DNA of 64,000 nt, from NCBI GenBank assembly GCA_965223705.1, contig OZ245015.1, forward strand, positions 3,232,001 through 3,296,000, given 5' to 3'. The notes below the pieces were generated by a model. The model had not been told where the DNA came from. It did not search any database and saw only the letters and a program-made list of their open reading frames with translations. Below, piece after piece: positions 29,551 to 39,001 of this stretch (positions are counted from its first letter, which is position 1; each line of letters begins with the position of its first letter). The stretch is from Myxococcota bacterium. Lineage in GTDB: Bacteria > Myxococcota_A > UBA9160 > UBA6930. Both the position numbers and the translations under genes were made by a program.

Positions 29551-30756
29551 ATGGGTTCGGAAGACGTCTACATCCTCGGCATCAACATGACGAAGTTCGG
29601 CAAGCACCACGACAAAGACGTGCTCGACCTGGCGAGCGAAGCGACGCTGGCCGCCTTGGCGGACGGTGGCGTGACCATGGACCAGATGGGTGTGCTCGCC
29701 GCCGGCAACTTGATGGGTGGGGCGACGCCCATCGCGCAGCTCATCCAGAAGCAGTGTGGACAGACCGGTATCCCGGCGTACAACGTCTCGAATGCGTGTG
29801 CGACCGGCGCCACCGCACTCCGCGTCGCGTGCATGTCGGTAAAGGCCGGCGAATCCGATTTCGGTCTCGCCGTGGGCGTGGAGAAGCTCGCGGGAGCGGG
29901 ACTCCTCGCCGGCGGCACGAAGAAGAAAGACGGGAAGACCTGGGAACGTTCGGGTCGCTACGGCGCCGTCGCCGGCGTCGACGGTCGCATCGGCACCGAA
30001 ACCATGCCCGGCGTGTTCGCTCAGGTGGGCATGGAATACGGTCACAAGTACGGCGGCGCGAGCTTCGAGCTATTCGCGCAGATCTCGGAAAAGAATCACG
30101 CGCATTCGACCCTGAACCCCTTGGCGGCGTACACCAAGGCGATGACGCTCGAAGAGATCATGAACGACATCATGATCGCCTACCCGAACACGCGGCCGAT
30201 GTGTTCCGCCAACTGCGACGGCGCCGCTGCCGCGGTTGTCGTGAGCGGCTCGAAACTGAAGACGCTTTCGCGAGAACAACAGCGGCGCGCCGTCAAGATT
30301 CGGGCCTCCGTGCTGACGAGTGATCCTTACCAAGAAGCGTGTCAGGTCCTGCCGGACGTCAACACCTTGACGAAGAACGCGGCGAAGCAAGCGTACGAAC
30401 AGGCGGGCGTCGGCCCGGAAGATCTCGATCTGGTCGAGCTACACGACTGCTTCGCAACGGCAGAGCTCGTTCACTACGACAACTTGATGCTCTGCGGCGA
30501 AGGGAACGCCGTCGATTTCTTCAAATCCGGAGCCCCGACGCGAGACGGGCGCATGCCGGTCAACGTGTCCGGCGGGCTGCAATCGAAAGGGCATCCCATC
30601 GCCGCTACCGGGATCGCGAATATCTGGGAAGTCTGTCACCACCTGCGCGGCGAGGCGGGCCCGCGCCAGATCGAGAACGCAAAGATCGGCCTCGCTCACG
30701 TCATCGGCCTCGCTTCCGCATGTGGCGTCCACATTCTCGAGGGCAACGCCGCGTGA
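29551..30756 (+). CDS. SCP2-type thiolase family protein
   Basis: NACATG, ELHDCF and GGLQSKGHPIAATG motifs. Confidence 0.92.
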   Translation: MGSEDVYILGINMTKFGKHHDKDVLDLASEATLAALADGGVTMDQMGVLAAGNLMGGATPIAQLIQKQCGQTGIPAYNVSNACATGATALRVACMSVKAGESDFGLAVGVEKLAGAGLLAGGTKKKDGKTWERSGRYGAVAGVDGRIGTETMPGVFAQVGMEYGHKYGGASFELFAQISEKNHAHSTLNPLAAYTKAMTLEEIMNDIMIAYPNTRPMCSANCDGAAAAVVVSGSKLKTLSREQQRRAVKIRASVLTSDPYQEACQVLPDVNTLTKNAAKQAYEQAGVGPEDLDLVELHDCFATAELVHYDNLMLCGEGNAVDFFKSGAPTRDGRMPVNVSGGLQSKGHPIAATGIANIWEVCHHLRGEAGPRQIENAKIGLAHVIGLASACGVHILEGNAA

Positions 30757-31784
30757 TTCGGATCGATCGGCGCGGTTTCCTTCGAGCCGCCGCGTTCTTG
30801 CTCGCCGGCGGCCGGACCCTCCTGCATTCGGGCGACGCCCGGGCAGCGCTCTACGCCGCGCGATCCACACTGGGCCGCGAATTGGCTTGGCCCGAGATGA
30901 CCTACCGGCCCCTCGGACGGACCGGGTGGCGGGCGAGTCGGCTCGTCTTCGGTTGCGGCGCCGCGCTGTCGCGGGGACCTCGCGATGATCTTCTCGAGAT
31001 GGCCTTCGACGCGGGGATCAACGTCTTCGACGTGGGCTTCCGCGGTTATTACCGGGACGCGGAAACGAACCTCGCGGGCTTTCTTTCGCGTCACCGCGAT
31101 CGCGTGTTCCTCATCTCGAAAGCGATCCCGATGCGCGACCTCGAACCCGGCGACGCACTCCCCGCGGCACAACGGAAAGAAGCGGCTGCAAACTGGGCCC
31201 GGCAGCTCGATCAAAGCCTTGGAGAGCTCGAGGTCGAGCGCGTCGACGCGTATTACGTGATGGCCGCGAACAACACGGACCTGGTAGCGAGCGACGAGAT
31301 CCGCCGGGCCTTCGAGGACGCGAAGCGGCTCGGAAAAGTGAGCTATCTCGGGCTCAGCACCCATCAGAACGCCGAGAGCGTTCTGACCACAGCCGCTGCT
31401 ACTGGAATCTACGACTTGGCGATGATCGCCATCACCCCCGCCGGCTGGTACGACTGGAAAGAGCGCGCGGTGTTGGTCGGATCACCGCCGATGAAAGACA
31501 TCCGACCCACCCTCGATCGGGCGCGAGAGACTGGGATGGGTTTGATCGGCATGAAGGCCGGCCGCGCCCTCGCCGGCCGACGGTTTTTCGGCCGCGGCAA
31601 GCCCGAGGCGTTCGATCCTTATTACGATGAGAAACTCATGCGCGCGGGCCTATCCGCGTTCCAGCGCAGCTACGCGTACGTGTTGGCCCACGGTCTCGAC
31701 GCCGTCAATGCGGACATGCAATCGCTCTCGCACCTGCACGAGAACGCCGTGGCAGCGACGCTGTCCGACAAGCACTTCGCCTGA
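30753..31784 (+). CDS. Aldo/keto reductase-fold protein with a Tat-like signal
   Basis: IDRRGFL signal, then MTYRPLGRTG, GINVFDVG, FLISK, GLSTH and GLIGMK motifs. Confidence 0.8.
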   Translation: MIRIDRRGFLRAAAFLLAGGRTLLHSGDARAALYAARSTLGRELAWPEMTYRPLGRTGWRASRLVFGCGAALSRGPRDDLLEMAFDAGINVFDVGFRGYYRDAETNLAGFLSRHRDRVFLISKAIPMRDLEPGDALPAAQRKEAAANWARQLDQSLGELEVERVDAYYVMAANNTDLVASDEIRRAFEDAKRLGKVSYLGLSTHQNAESVLTTAAATGIYDLAMIAITPAGWYDWKERAVLVGSPPMKDIRPTLDRARETGMGLIGMKAGRALAGRRFFGRGKPEAFDPYYDEKLMRAGLSAFQRSYAYVLAHGLDAVNADMQSLSHLHENAVAATLSDKHFA

Positions 31785-31790
31785 GAAGAT

Positions 31791-32189
31791 CTATTTCTTC
31801 TCGTAGGTGAATGTCTTGTTGACGATCTTCCAGCCCTCTTCGGTCTCGAGGAGCGTCATCAGGTCCGTGTACCACACGTCGAGAAAGCGCGAGACCACGA
31901 TGACGCGCGCCATGTTCTCGCGCACGTCTGCCGACTCGACCCACCAGGCCGGCGAGCTCACCGGCGCCGGGGTGACCTTCGCGTCGTCTGCGGGCTTCGG
32001 ATCGCCCATCACCCGGTCGATCCACGCTTCGATCGGAAAAACGACCGTCTTGCCGCCGAACACACCGAAAAGCTGAGCGGAGGTGTGAAAGGTGGAACGG
32101 ATCTTCTCGTCATCCGGCCCGGCACATCCGTCGATGTACCGCTCGATGACTTCCAAGACCGCCGGGTAGTTCGACAGTTCTTCACGCAT
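31791..32189 (-). CDS. NTF2-like (lumazine-binding-2 type) protein
   Basis: YIDG..FHTSAQL..YTDLMTLLETEEGWKIVNKTF. Confidence 0.8.
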   Translation of the reverse strand: MREELSNYPAVLEVIERYIDGCAGPDDEKIRSTFHTSAQLFGVFGGKTVVFPIEAWIDRVMGDPKPADDAKVTPAPVSSPAWWVESADVRENMARVIVVSRFLDVWYTDLMTLLETEEGWKIVNKTFTYEKK

Positions 32190-32206
32190 GAGGTCTTTCT
32201 CCTGCT

Positions 32207-33007
32207 CTAGTCTTGTCGCGCCAGGAATTCGCCAAAGCGCTCGTTGAAGGCTGCCGGATCTTCCAGGTGTGGCGCGTGGCCGAGCGCCTCAAACATCACG
32301 ACTTCAGCATTCGGGATGCGCTCGGCCATGAACTCCGCACCGTCCGGCGGGCAGAAGGCGTCGTAGCGACCCTGGAAGATGGCTGTCGGAACGGGAATGC
32401 TCGGCAGCAACGAGATCAAATCTTCCGCGATCAGCGCTTCCATCAGCTGGATCCCGACGTACGCCGGACACATCATCGAGTTCTGCCAGACCCAGTCGAG
32501 CATCTGCATGCTCGGCAATTTGTGGAAGCATCGCTCCATCACGACGCGTCGATTCGCCGGCCGGTCGTTTTTCTCGCCCGCGATCACCGCGCGGACGTCC
32601 GCTTCCGCGAGGCCGTAGGGGTACTCGGGGCTCGAGACGAAACGCGGTGACGTCGGTCCGACGAGGGCCAGTTGGCTGACATGTTCTCCGATCGTCGCGG
32701 CGTACTTCGTCGAGATCCCGCCTCCTGTCGACCAGGCCGCGAGTGTCGCGTTTTCGACGTCGAGCGCCTCCATGACGCACTTGAGATCGCGACAATGGTC
32801 GTCGAACGCGTACCCCGTGGCCGGCTTGTCCGAGTGGCCGTGGCCCCGCAAATTGATCGCAATCGTTCGGTAAGAGGAAGCGAACTCCGTGACCTGGGGC
32901 TCCCAAAACACGTGGTTCGCGCTCCAGCCATGGACGAGCACCACCGGGCGCCCCTCCCCGACAGCTTCGTAGTAAATCTTTCCCGCGGCACCGTCTACGT
33001 AGGGCAT
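32207..33007 (-). CDS. Alpha/beta hydrolase (non-heme haloperoxidase/arylesterase-like)
   Basis: LVHGW, RGHGHS, AWSTGG and GHAPHLE motifs. Confidence 0.9.
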   Translation of the reverse strand: MPYVDGAAGKIYYEAVGEGRPVVLVHGWSANHVFWEPQVTEFASSYRTIAINLRGHGHSDKPATGYAFDDHCRDLKCVMEALDVENATLAAWSTGGGISTKYAATIGEHVSQLALVGPTSPRFVSSPEYPYGLAEADVRAVIAGEKNDRPANRRVVMERCFHKLPSMQMLDWVWQNSMMCPAYVGIQLMEALIAEDLISLLPSIPVPTAIFQGRYDAFCPPDGAEFMAERIPNAEVVMFEALGHAPHLEDPAAFNERFGEFLARQD

Positions 33008-33008
33008 G

Positions 33009-34190
33009 TCAGATCAAGAAGGTTCCCGGCCCGCGCCCCAGGGCGAAGCTTCCGAAGCTCGCTCCATTGTTGTCAAAGTCCGCGGCAGCGTGATGCGACG
33101 CCGTCCGCAAGCTCTCCACCAACCGTAGGATCGGCTCGCGCTCATAGACGGTATTCGCGCCGGAAGACTCGAACAGCCGTTCCGCCGCTCGCGCGCAGAG
33201 CTTCACCGCATAGGCGGCGCGCCACTTGACCGAAACGCGCTCTTCGTCGCTCGGCAAGACACCCTCGGCGAGCCAGCGTCTGTAATCGGCTTCGATGGCG
33301 CGCACGAAGTGCCTCGCAGACTCGATTTCGGCCCACGACTCGGCCACCCGCAACTGCATCGTCGGTTTGTCCGCCTTCGAGGCGCCGTCGTAGCGATCGC
33401 GTCTGCCCGCGGTTCGCTCGACGTGCGCTTCGTAGATCCGATCGGCCATCGCCAGGACCGGTCCCGTCAGGAGATACGTCAAGGAGGGCAGGATCGGATA
33501 GCGGTAGATCTCCGTCGCGTGCCGCGAAGCTGCTGGGGTCGCGCCGTCAAAGAGATCGCCGGTGGGGAGCGCGCGATGCGCCGGAACGAAGGTGTCGTTC
33601 ATCACGACATCTTTGCTGCCGGTGCCCCGAAGACCCATCACGTGCCACGTATCTTCGATCGCGTAGTCCGAGGCCGGCACCATCGCGTGGATGTGCTTCG
33701 GTGCGCCTTTCTCAGAATCCGTCTGACGGGCGCAGAACAGCCCCCAACGAGCGTGGTCGCAGCCGCTCGCGAATTGCCACTGGCCGCTCAGGCGGAAACC
33801 GCCGTCCACGGGCGTCGCCTTCCCCTGCGCGGCGAGGGTCCCGGGAATCAGCGTGTCCGGGTCGTCCTCGAAAATTTCGTCCTGGACCTCTTCGGGATAC
33901 ATGCCCATCACCCACGTGTGTGCCCCCGTCACGGTGTAGACCCAGGACGCCGCCGTACAGCCCGCCCCGAGCGCCTCCGAGACGGCGTGGAGCGTCGGAA
34001 GGCCGTGCTCATACCCACCGATTCGCCGGGGCTGGATCACCTTGAAGAGTCCCGCGTCGCGCATGGCTTCGATGCTTTTGGGATGAAGCGAGCGACGCTC
34101 GTCACTTTCGAGCTCGTAGCGACGGACTTCGTCGGCGACTTTCCGGGCGCGCGCGACGAGATCGTCGTGTGTCGGTATCGATTCTGTCAC
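33009..34190 (-). CDS. HsaA/HpaH-type flavin-dependent monooxygenase (acyl-CoA dehydrogenase fold)
   Basis: AASWV, LSGQWQFASGCDHARW and DTWHVMGLRGTGS motifs. Confidence 0.9.
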   Translation of the reverse strand: MTESIPTHDDLVARARKVADEVRRYELESDERRSLHPKSIEAMRDAGLFKVIQPRRIGGYEHGLPTLHAVSEALGAGCTAASWVYTVTGAHTWVMGMYPEEVQDEIFEDDPDTLIPGTLAAQGKATPVDGGFRLSGQWQFASGCDHARWGLFCARQTDSEKGAPKHIHAMVPASDYAIEDTWHVMGLRGTGSKDVVMNDTFVPAHRALPTGDLFDGATPAASRHATEIYRYPILPSLTYLLTGPVLAMADRIYEAHVERTAGRRDRYDGASKADKPTMQLRVAESWAEIESARHFVRAIEADYRRWLAEGVLPSDEERVSVKWRAAYAVKLCARAAERLFESSGANTVYEREPILRLVESLRTASHHAAADFDNNGASFGSFALGRGPGTFLI

Positions 34191-34211
34191 GGTCGGGTTC
34201 TCCCTCGACGC

Positions 34212-35477
34212 TCAGTGGCGCCATCGTTCGGTTGCACCGGCGCGCAACGTCGGCTCTCTCCGCTCGAGCTCAACGCCGATTTTCGGCAGAACGCGCTCCA
34301 CGAGCAGCTCGTTGCTCCGCAACAACCCGTCGATGGGGGCCGGGCCTTGGAAGATCCAGGGTACGAGCAGCTCGGTCTTTGTCAGTTCGAGCATCGCTTC
34401 GAGCTTCCGAGCGACGGTATCGATGGAGCCCGCCATCGAATAGCCGCGCTCGCGGACCGAAGCGGCGGTGTTCGGAATGGCGCCTTGCTCCCCGGGTCGC
34501 CTGAGGGCCTCGTTGAAACCGAACCAATCGTGCCAGCTCGTCCAGACGTAACCCAGCCCCTGATCCGAAATGTATTCGGCCTCTTCGTCCGTGTCGGCGA
34601 CGACGATCTCCCGGAAGTGTCCGACCCCGGCGCCCCACGGCACGTCGCGACCGGCTTCATTCGCCGCCTTGTGATAGCCGTCGAGCGCTCCGCGGACATA
34701 CTCCGGAATCGGCGTAAAGAGGATCGGCCGTGCGTCTTCGCGCGCGCACCATTCGATCGTCTCCGCACTCATCGTGAACGGCACCATGATCTCGATGGCG
34801 TCGGGATCCTGCAGGGTCTGGGGCGCAATTCCGATCTGTGTCACCTCACCACGAGCGTCGACCATCCCCTGGGCGAGCCTCCGCGTCGCCGGGTGATCCC
34901 ATGAAATTCCCTTCGGTGGAATATCCCAATGTTCGCCGTGATGGGAGAACAACGGCTCGCGCCAAGCGCGGCGGATGATATCGATGTTTTCTTGAAACAG
35001 TTCTCGGTTGATCCGATCGTGCTCCTGATATTCGGGGTCGTTCGGTGCTGTCGAGAACGCATTGTATTTCTGGCCGATCGTTCGTACATGGCGTGCTTGG
35101 TAGCCGCGCGCGAATCCGGCGAACATGCGCCCTTCCGAGAAGTGATCGAGCATCGCGAGGTCTTCCGCGACGAGAATCGGATTTCTCGCGGGCAACACCG
35201 TGCCCATTTGCCCGATCCGCAGCGTCTTCGTGAGACCCGCCGCCCAGGAACCGAGCAGAATCGGATTGTTCGAAACCTCGAGACCTTCGACGTGAAAGTG
35301 GTGCTCGGAAAAGGCGACGAAGTCGAAACCCAGTTCTTCGAGCTGGCGAATGAGTCGCGCCCCGTCGCGCAAACCGCGCTGGTAGAAATTCGGGTTTTGT
35401 CCCGCAAAACCCTTCTCGATCTCCTCCGGCGGCGCCGTCACGCTGGGGAGGAGAAAGCCGCCCATCCGAAGTTTCAT
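34212..35477 (-). CDS. LLM-class flavin-dependent oxidoreductase
   Basis: FSEHHFHVEG..NNP, NPILVAEDLAMLDH and GFARGYQ motifs; start at MKLRMGG. Confidence 0.9.
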   Translation of the reverse strand: MKLRMGGFLLPSVTAPPEEIEKGFAGQNPNFYQRGLRDGARLIRQLEELGFDFVAFSEHHFHVEGLEVSNNPILLGSWAAGLTKTLRIGQMGTVLPARNPILVAEDLAMLDHFSEGRMFAGFARGYQARHVRTIGQKYNAFSTAPNDPEYQEHDRINRELFQENIDIIRRAWREPLFSHHGEHWDIPPKGISWDHPATRRLAQGMVDARGEVTQIGIAPQTLQDPDAIEIMVPFTMSAETIEWCAREDARPILFTPIPEYVRGALDGYHKAANEAGRDVPWGAGVGHFREIVVADTDEEAEYISDQGLGYVWTSWHDWFGFNEALRRPGEQGAIPNTAASVRERGYSMAGSIDTVARKLEAMLELTKTELLVPWIFQGPAPIDGLLRSNELLVERVLPKIGVELERREPTLRAGATERWRH

Positions 35478-35491
35478 CCGCTGCTCCGTTT

Positions 35492-36637
35492 CTATTTGCG
35501 AAGGCCGGCCTCGCGCATCAAGGGCATGACGCGTTCGCCGAAGTATTTCATTTCTTCGTGGTAGTCGAGCCAGGATAGCGCCAACCCATCGAGCCCGAGT
35601 CGATGAAGTGAGAGGAGCTGGTCCACCACCTGCTCCGGGGTGCCGATCAAATGGTAGCCGCCCCACCCCGCGACGAAGCGCGAAGCCAGCGTTCGGATGC
35701 TTTCGGCGTCGCCAAACGAACCGCTCTCCACGCCGAGCAGCGCCATGATGTTGTCCGCACCTTCCCAATCTCCTTGGTCGAGGATGCGGCGGCAGAGTTC
35801 CTGGGCTTCGGCTTCGGTATCGCGACACATGACGAGACCCATACTCAAGGTGCCGATCTCTCGGCCGTGCTCGTGCGCCCTCGCCTTCACGTCTCGGATG
35901 TTGCTCGCCGTCTCCTCGTGGCTCGTAATCCCAATAAAGTTGAAGTCCACGTGCTTGGCAGAAAATTCGCGGCCCGCGTCCGAAACGCCGGCGTTGACGA
36001 GGACCGGATGAGGTTGTTGGATAGGCTTCGGCAACAGGAAGCCGCCGCGAATCTCGAAATACTCGCCTGCGTGATCGAAATCCTGCTCCGTCCAGGTGCG
36101 TTTCATGACGGTGAGCCAGTCGTCGGCAACGCGATAGCGTTCGTCATGCTCTCGCATCTCCACTCCGAACATCTCCATCTCGGGGCGAAACCATCCGCAG
36201 ACGATGTTCAGACCGAAGCGCCCCCCGGAGATGTTGTCGATGCTCGAGCACTGTTTCGCGGCGAGAAGCGGATGCACCGTTGGGACGTGGGACGTCGCGA
36301 ACACCATGATGTTCTCGGTGTTGCAGGCCATCGCCGTGGCCCAGGTGTAGACCTCGAGGTTGTTCTCGTTGAAACGCGTCGAACCGCCGAAATGCTTCCA
36401 ACGCCCGACCGGAATCAGCATCTCCATCCCGAGCCGGTCCGCCAGTTGGCTGATCTTCACGTTGTGCTCGTAGGTGGGTTCGAAGGTCGTTTCCGCGTGG
36501 GTCATCGTGCAGCCGTTGCTGCAGTTCTGACCGAAGGTGCCGAGCTTGAACGGCTGGTCGTTGAAGATCGGGACGTTTTCGCGGCGCCAGTTCCGGATAT
36601 CGTCGGGGTGGGCGTCTGCGTTCGGCGCTTCGGACAA
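35492..36637 (-). CDS. LLM-class monooxygenase, RutA/SsuD-like
   Basis: FKLGTFGQNCSNG, PVGRWKHFGG, SGGRFGLNIVCGW and PKPIQ motifs; TTG36637 with SD GAGGAG. Confidence 0.88.
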   Translation of the reverse strand: MSEAPNADAHPDDIRNWRRENVPIFNDQPFKLGTFGQNCSNGCTMTHAETTFEPTYEHNVKISQLADRLGMEMLIPVGRWKHFGGSTRFNENNLEVYTWATAMACNTENIMVFATSHVPTVHPLLAAKQCSSIDNISGGRFGLNIVCGWFRPEMEMFGVEMREHDERYRVADDWLTVMKRTWTEQDFDHAGEYFEIRGGFLLPKPIQQPHPVLVNAGVSDAGREFSAKHVDFNFIGITSHEETASNIRDVKARAHEHGREIGTLSMGLVMCRDTEAEAQELCRRILDQGDWEGADNIMALLGVESGSFGDAESIRTLASRFVAGWGGYHLIGTPEQVVDQLLSLHRLGLDGLALSWLDYHEEMKYFGERVMPLMREAGLRK

Positions 36638-36740
36638 TGCGGGGCTCCTCGTCGACCAACAGTTTAGGCGCTCTTCCGCGTCGCTGGAACTACTTGAAAC
36701 TGCGTGGCTTTCCGTGTTTTCATCGACCGAGGAGGCAACC

Positions 36741-37970
36741 GTGACAACCCGTGAATCCAACAAAGACCTGGCCCTTTCCGACCTGCGCATTCTCGATCTC
36801 ACCCGGGCGGTGGCCGGACCGACCTGCACCCGCATGCTGGTCGAGATGGGCGCAGAAGTCCTCAAGGTCGAGCCCACACCGGGGGGCGATCTCGCGCGGT
36901 CGATCTCCGTGTTTCGCAACAACCGAAGCCTCTACTTCATGCAACAAAACCGCGGGAAGAAGGGGCTCTGCATCAACCTGAAGGATCCGCGAGGCATCGC
37001 GCTCGTTGCGGAGCTCGTTCCGACGGTCGATGCCGTCGTCGAGAATTTTCGACCGGGCGTGATGGATGCCATCGGACTCGGCTACGACCGGCTTCGCGAG
37101 TTGAAGGAAGACATCATCCTGTGTTCGATCTCGACATTCGGACAGAGCGGACCGTTGTCGGCGACGCCGGGTTACGACTTCATCGCGCAGGCCTACTCGG
37201 GCATCACGTCCATGGTGGGCGAGCCGGATGAGACGCCGGCGCTCACCGGCGCGGCGATCGGCGACGCGAGCACCGGGGTCCACGGGGCCCTGGCGATCCT
37301 CGCCGCCCTCCGACGCCGCGATCGAACAGGTCGGGGCGACCATCTCGACGTATCGATTCTCGACACGTACTACAGCTATCACGATGCCAATGTGCACGCC
37401 TACAGCGGCTCGGAAGGCGAACTCGTTCCGACGCGGCAGGGCTCGCATTTCGGGCCCATCGCTCCCTGCGGCATCTTCAAAGGCCAGGGCGGCTACGTCG
37501 TCATCATGGCGTTTCTCCATCACTGGCCGGATTTCTGTCGCGCGATGGACCGGGAAGACCTGATCGAGCACCCGGACTTCCGAGACGACAGCGTTCGCGT
37601 ACCTCGGAGGCCACAACTCACGGCGCTCATCGAAGAGTGGCTTCAGGGCTTTGCCGACATCAAGAGCGCGGTCGAGCGCATGAAAGCTTTCGACGTGCCG
37701 TGCGCACCGGTGCTGTCCGTCGCCGAAACGACGCAGAACCCGCACATGCGTGCTCGCGGCACGGTGCGAACCGTCGACGACCCGCTCCACGGCAAGGTCG
37801 ACATCCCCGGAATGCCGATCAAGTGGAAAGACCACCCGAGCAACATCCCGCTCACGGCCCCAACGCTGGGCCAGCACAACGCGGAAGTCCTCGGCGAGCA
37901 ACTGGGTCGAACACCGGAAGAACTGGACGAGCTTCGCCGGGAAGGCATCCTGCTCGAGAAGAACATCTGA
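36741..37970 (+). CDS. Family III CoA-transferase (CaiB/BaiF)
   Basis: LRILDLTRAVAGP, NRGKK, ENFRPG, GYDFIAQAYSG and APTLGQHN motifs. Confidence 0.93.
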   Translation: MTTRESNKDLALSDLRILDLTRAVAGPTCTRMLVEMGAEVLKVEPTPGGDLARSISVFRNNRSLYFMQQNRGKKGLCINLKDPRGIALVAELVPTVDAVVENFRPGVMDAIGLGYDRLRELKEDIILCSISTFGQSGPLSATPGYDFIAQAYSGITSMVGEPDETPALTGAAIGDASTGVHGALAILAALRRRDRTGRGDHLDVSILDTYYSYHDANVHAYSGSEGELVPTRQGSHFGPIAPCGIFKGQGGYVVIMAFLHHWPDFCRAMDREDLIEHPDFRDDSVRVPRRPQLTALIEEWLQGFADIKSAVERMKAFDVPCAPVLSVAETTQNPHMRARGTVRTVDDPLHGKVDIPGMPIKWKDHPSNIPLTAPTLGQHNAEVLGEQLGRTPEELDELRREGILLEKNI

Positions 37971-37983
37971 ACCGCGGTGTCGG

Positions 37984-38229
37984 CTACGACGCGTCTGGGT
38001 AGTCTCGCGCGAGGACGATATTCGCCGTTTGGGTTTCGGTATCGAAGACGATTACGGCGTCGCCCGAGTCGAGAAGGCGCAGGACGTCGGTGATTTTTTC
38101 GTCGAGGCTGCGCTCGACCCGCCCGTAGTCCGTCCCGTCCCGAGTGACGAATTCTTCCACCAGAGCACGCACCGTGTCCGCGGCAAGCGCATCGCGGGGA
38201 ATCGGCAATGTCTTCGGTTCGTCGGCCAC
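37984..38229 (-). CDS. YheU (UPF0270) family protein
   Basis: LVEEFVTRDGTDYG..L..G.AVIVFD; start inferred at GTG38229. Confidence 0.85.
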   Translation of the reverse strand: MADEPKTLPIPRDALAADTVRALVEEFVTRDGTDYGRVERSLDEKITDVLRLLDSGDAVIVFDTETQTANIVLARDYPDAS

Positions 38230-38282
38230 CGACAAAGGGTAGGAGAGTTCCGGACGCGGTAAAGTCAACCGCGGGAGGTCCT

Positions 38283-38948
38283 ATGCTCAATTACGGACTG
38301 CAAGGCGATGTTGCGCTCGTCACACTCGACGACGGCAAAGCGAACGCCGTCGGTCACGCGTTTATCGAGGCTGTCAACGAGGGACTCGATCGCTCGCAGA
38401 AAGACGCGAAGGCCTGCGTGCTGACGGGTCGCCCCGGCGTATTCTCCGCCGGTTTCGATCTGAAAGAGTTCGAAAAGGGCGAGGAGGCCACCATCGCGCT
38501 GGTCGAAAAAGGTGCGGCGATGTTGTTGCGGATCTTCAGCCACCCGCAGCCCGTGGTCGCCGCCTGCACGGGACACGCCATCGCGGCCGGCGCGTTTACG
38601 CTCCTCGCGGCCGATACGCGAATCGGCGCCGAGGGCGCCTTCAAGATCGGGCTCAACGAAACCGCCATCGGGATGACCCTGCCCGTGTTCGGCCTCGAGC
38701 TGGCGAAATCCCGGCTCTCGAAGCGCGCCCAGACCGCTGCGGTCGTTCAAGCCACTCTCTATGACCCGCCCGCGGCGCGCGACGTCGGGTTCTTCGATGA
38801 AGTCGTCGCCCCGGACGCGGTCCTCGACACGGCGCTCGCTCACGCTGCGACCCTTGCGGAACACCCGCCCCAGGCCTACGCGGGGAATAAACTCGGGATC
38901 CGAGCCGAGAGCATCGCGGCCATTCAGGCGAGCTTGTCGACTTCCTAA
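38283..38948 (+). CDS. Crotonase/enoyl-CoA hydratase family protein
   Basis: LDDGKANA, FSAGFDL, GHAIAAGA and GLNETAIG motifs. Confidence 0.9.
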   Translation: MLNYGLQGDVALVTLDDGKANAVGHAFIEAVNEGLDRSQKDAKACVLTGRPGVFSAGFDLKEFEKGEEATIALVEKGAAMLLRIFSHPQPVVAACTGHAIAAGAFTLLAADTRIGAEGAFKIGLNETAIGMTLPVFGLELAKSRLSKRAQTAAVVQATLYDPPAARDVGFFDEVVAPDAVLDTALAHAATLAEHPPQAYAGNKLGIRAESIAAIQASLSTS

Positions 38949-39001
38949 AGCCAGAAGCTGGTAGACTGGCCTCGTTCCGCTGGGACTAGGAGGAGAACTA
39001 G

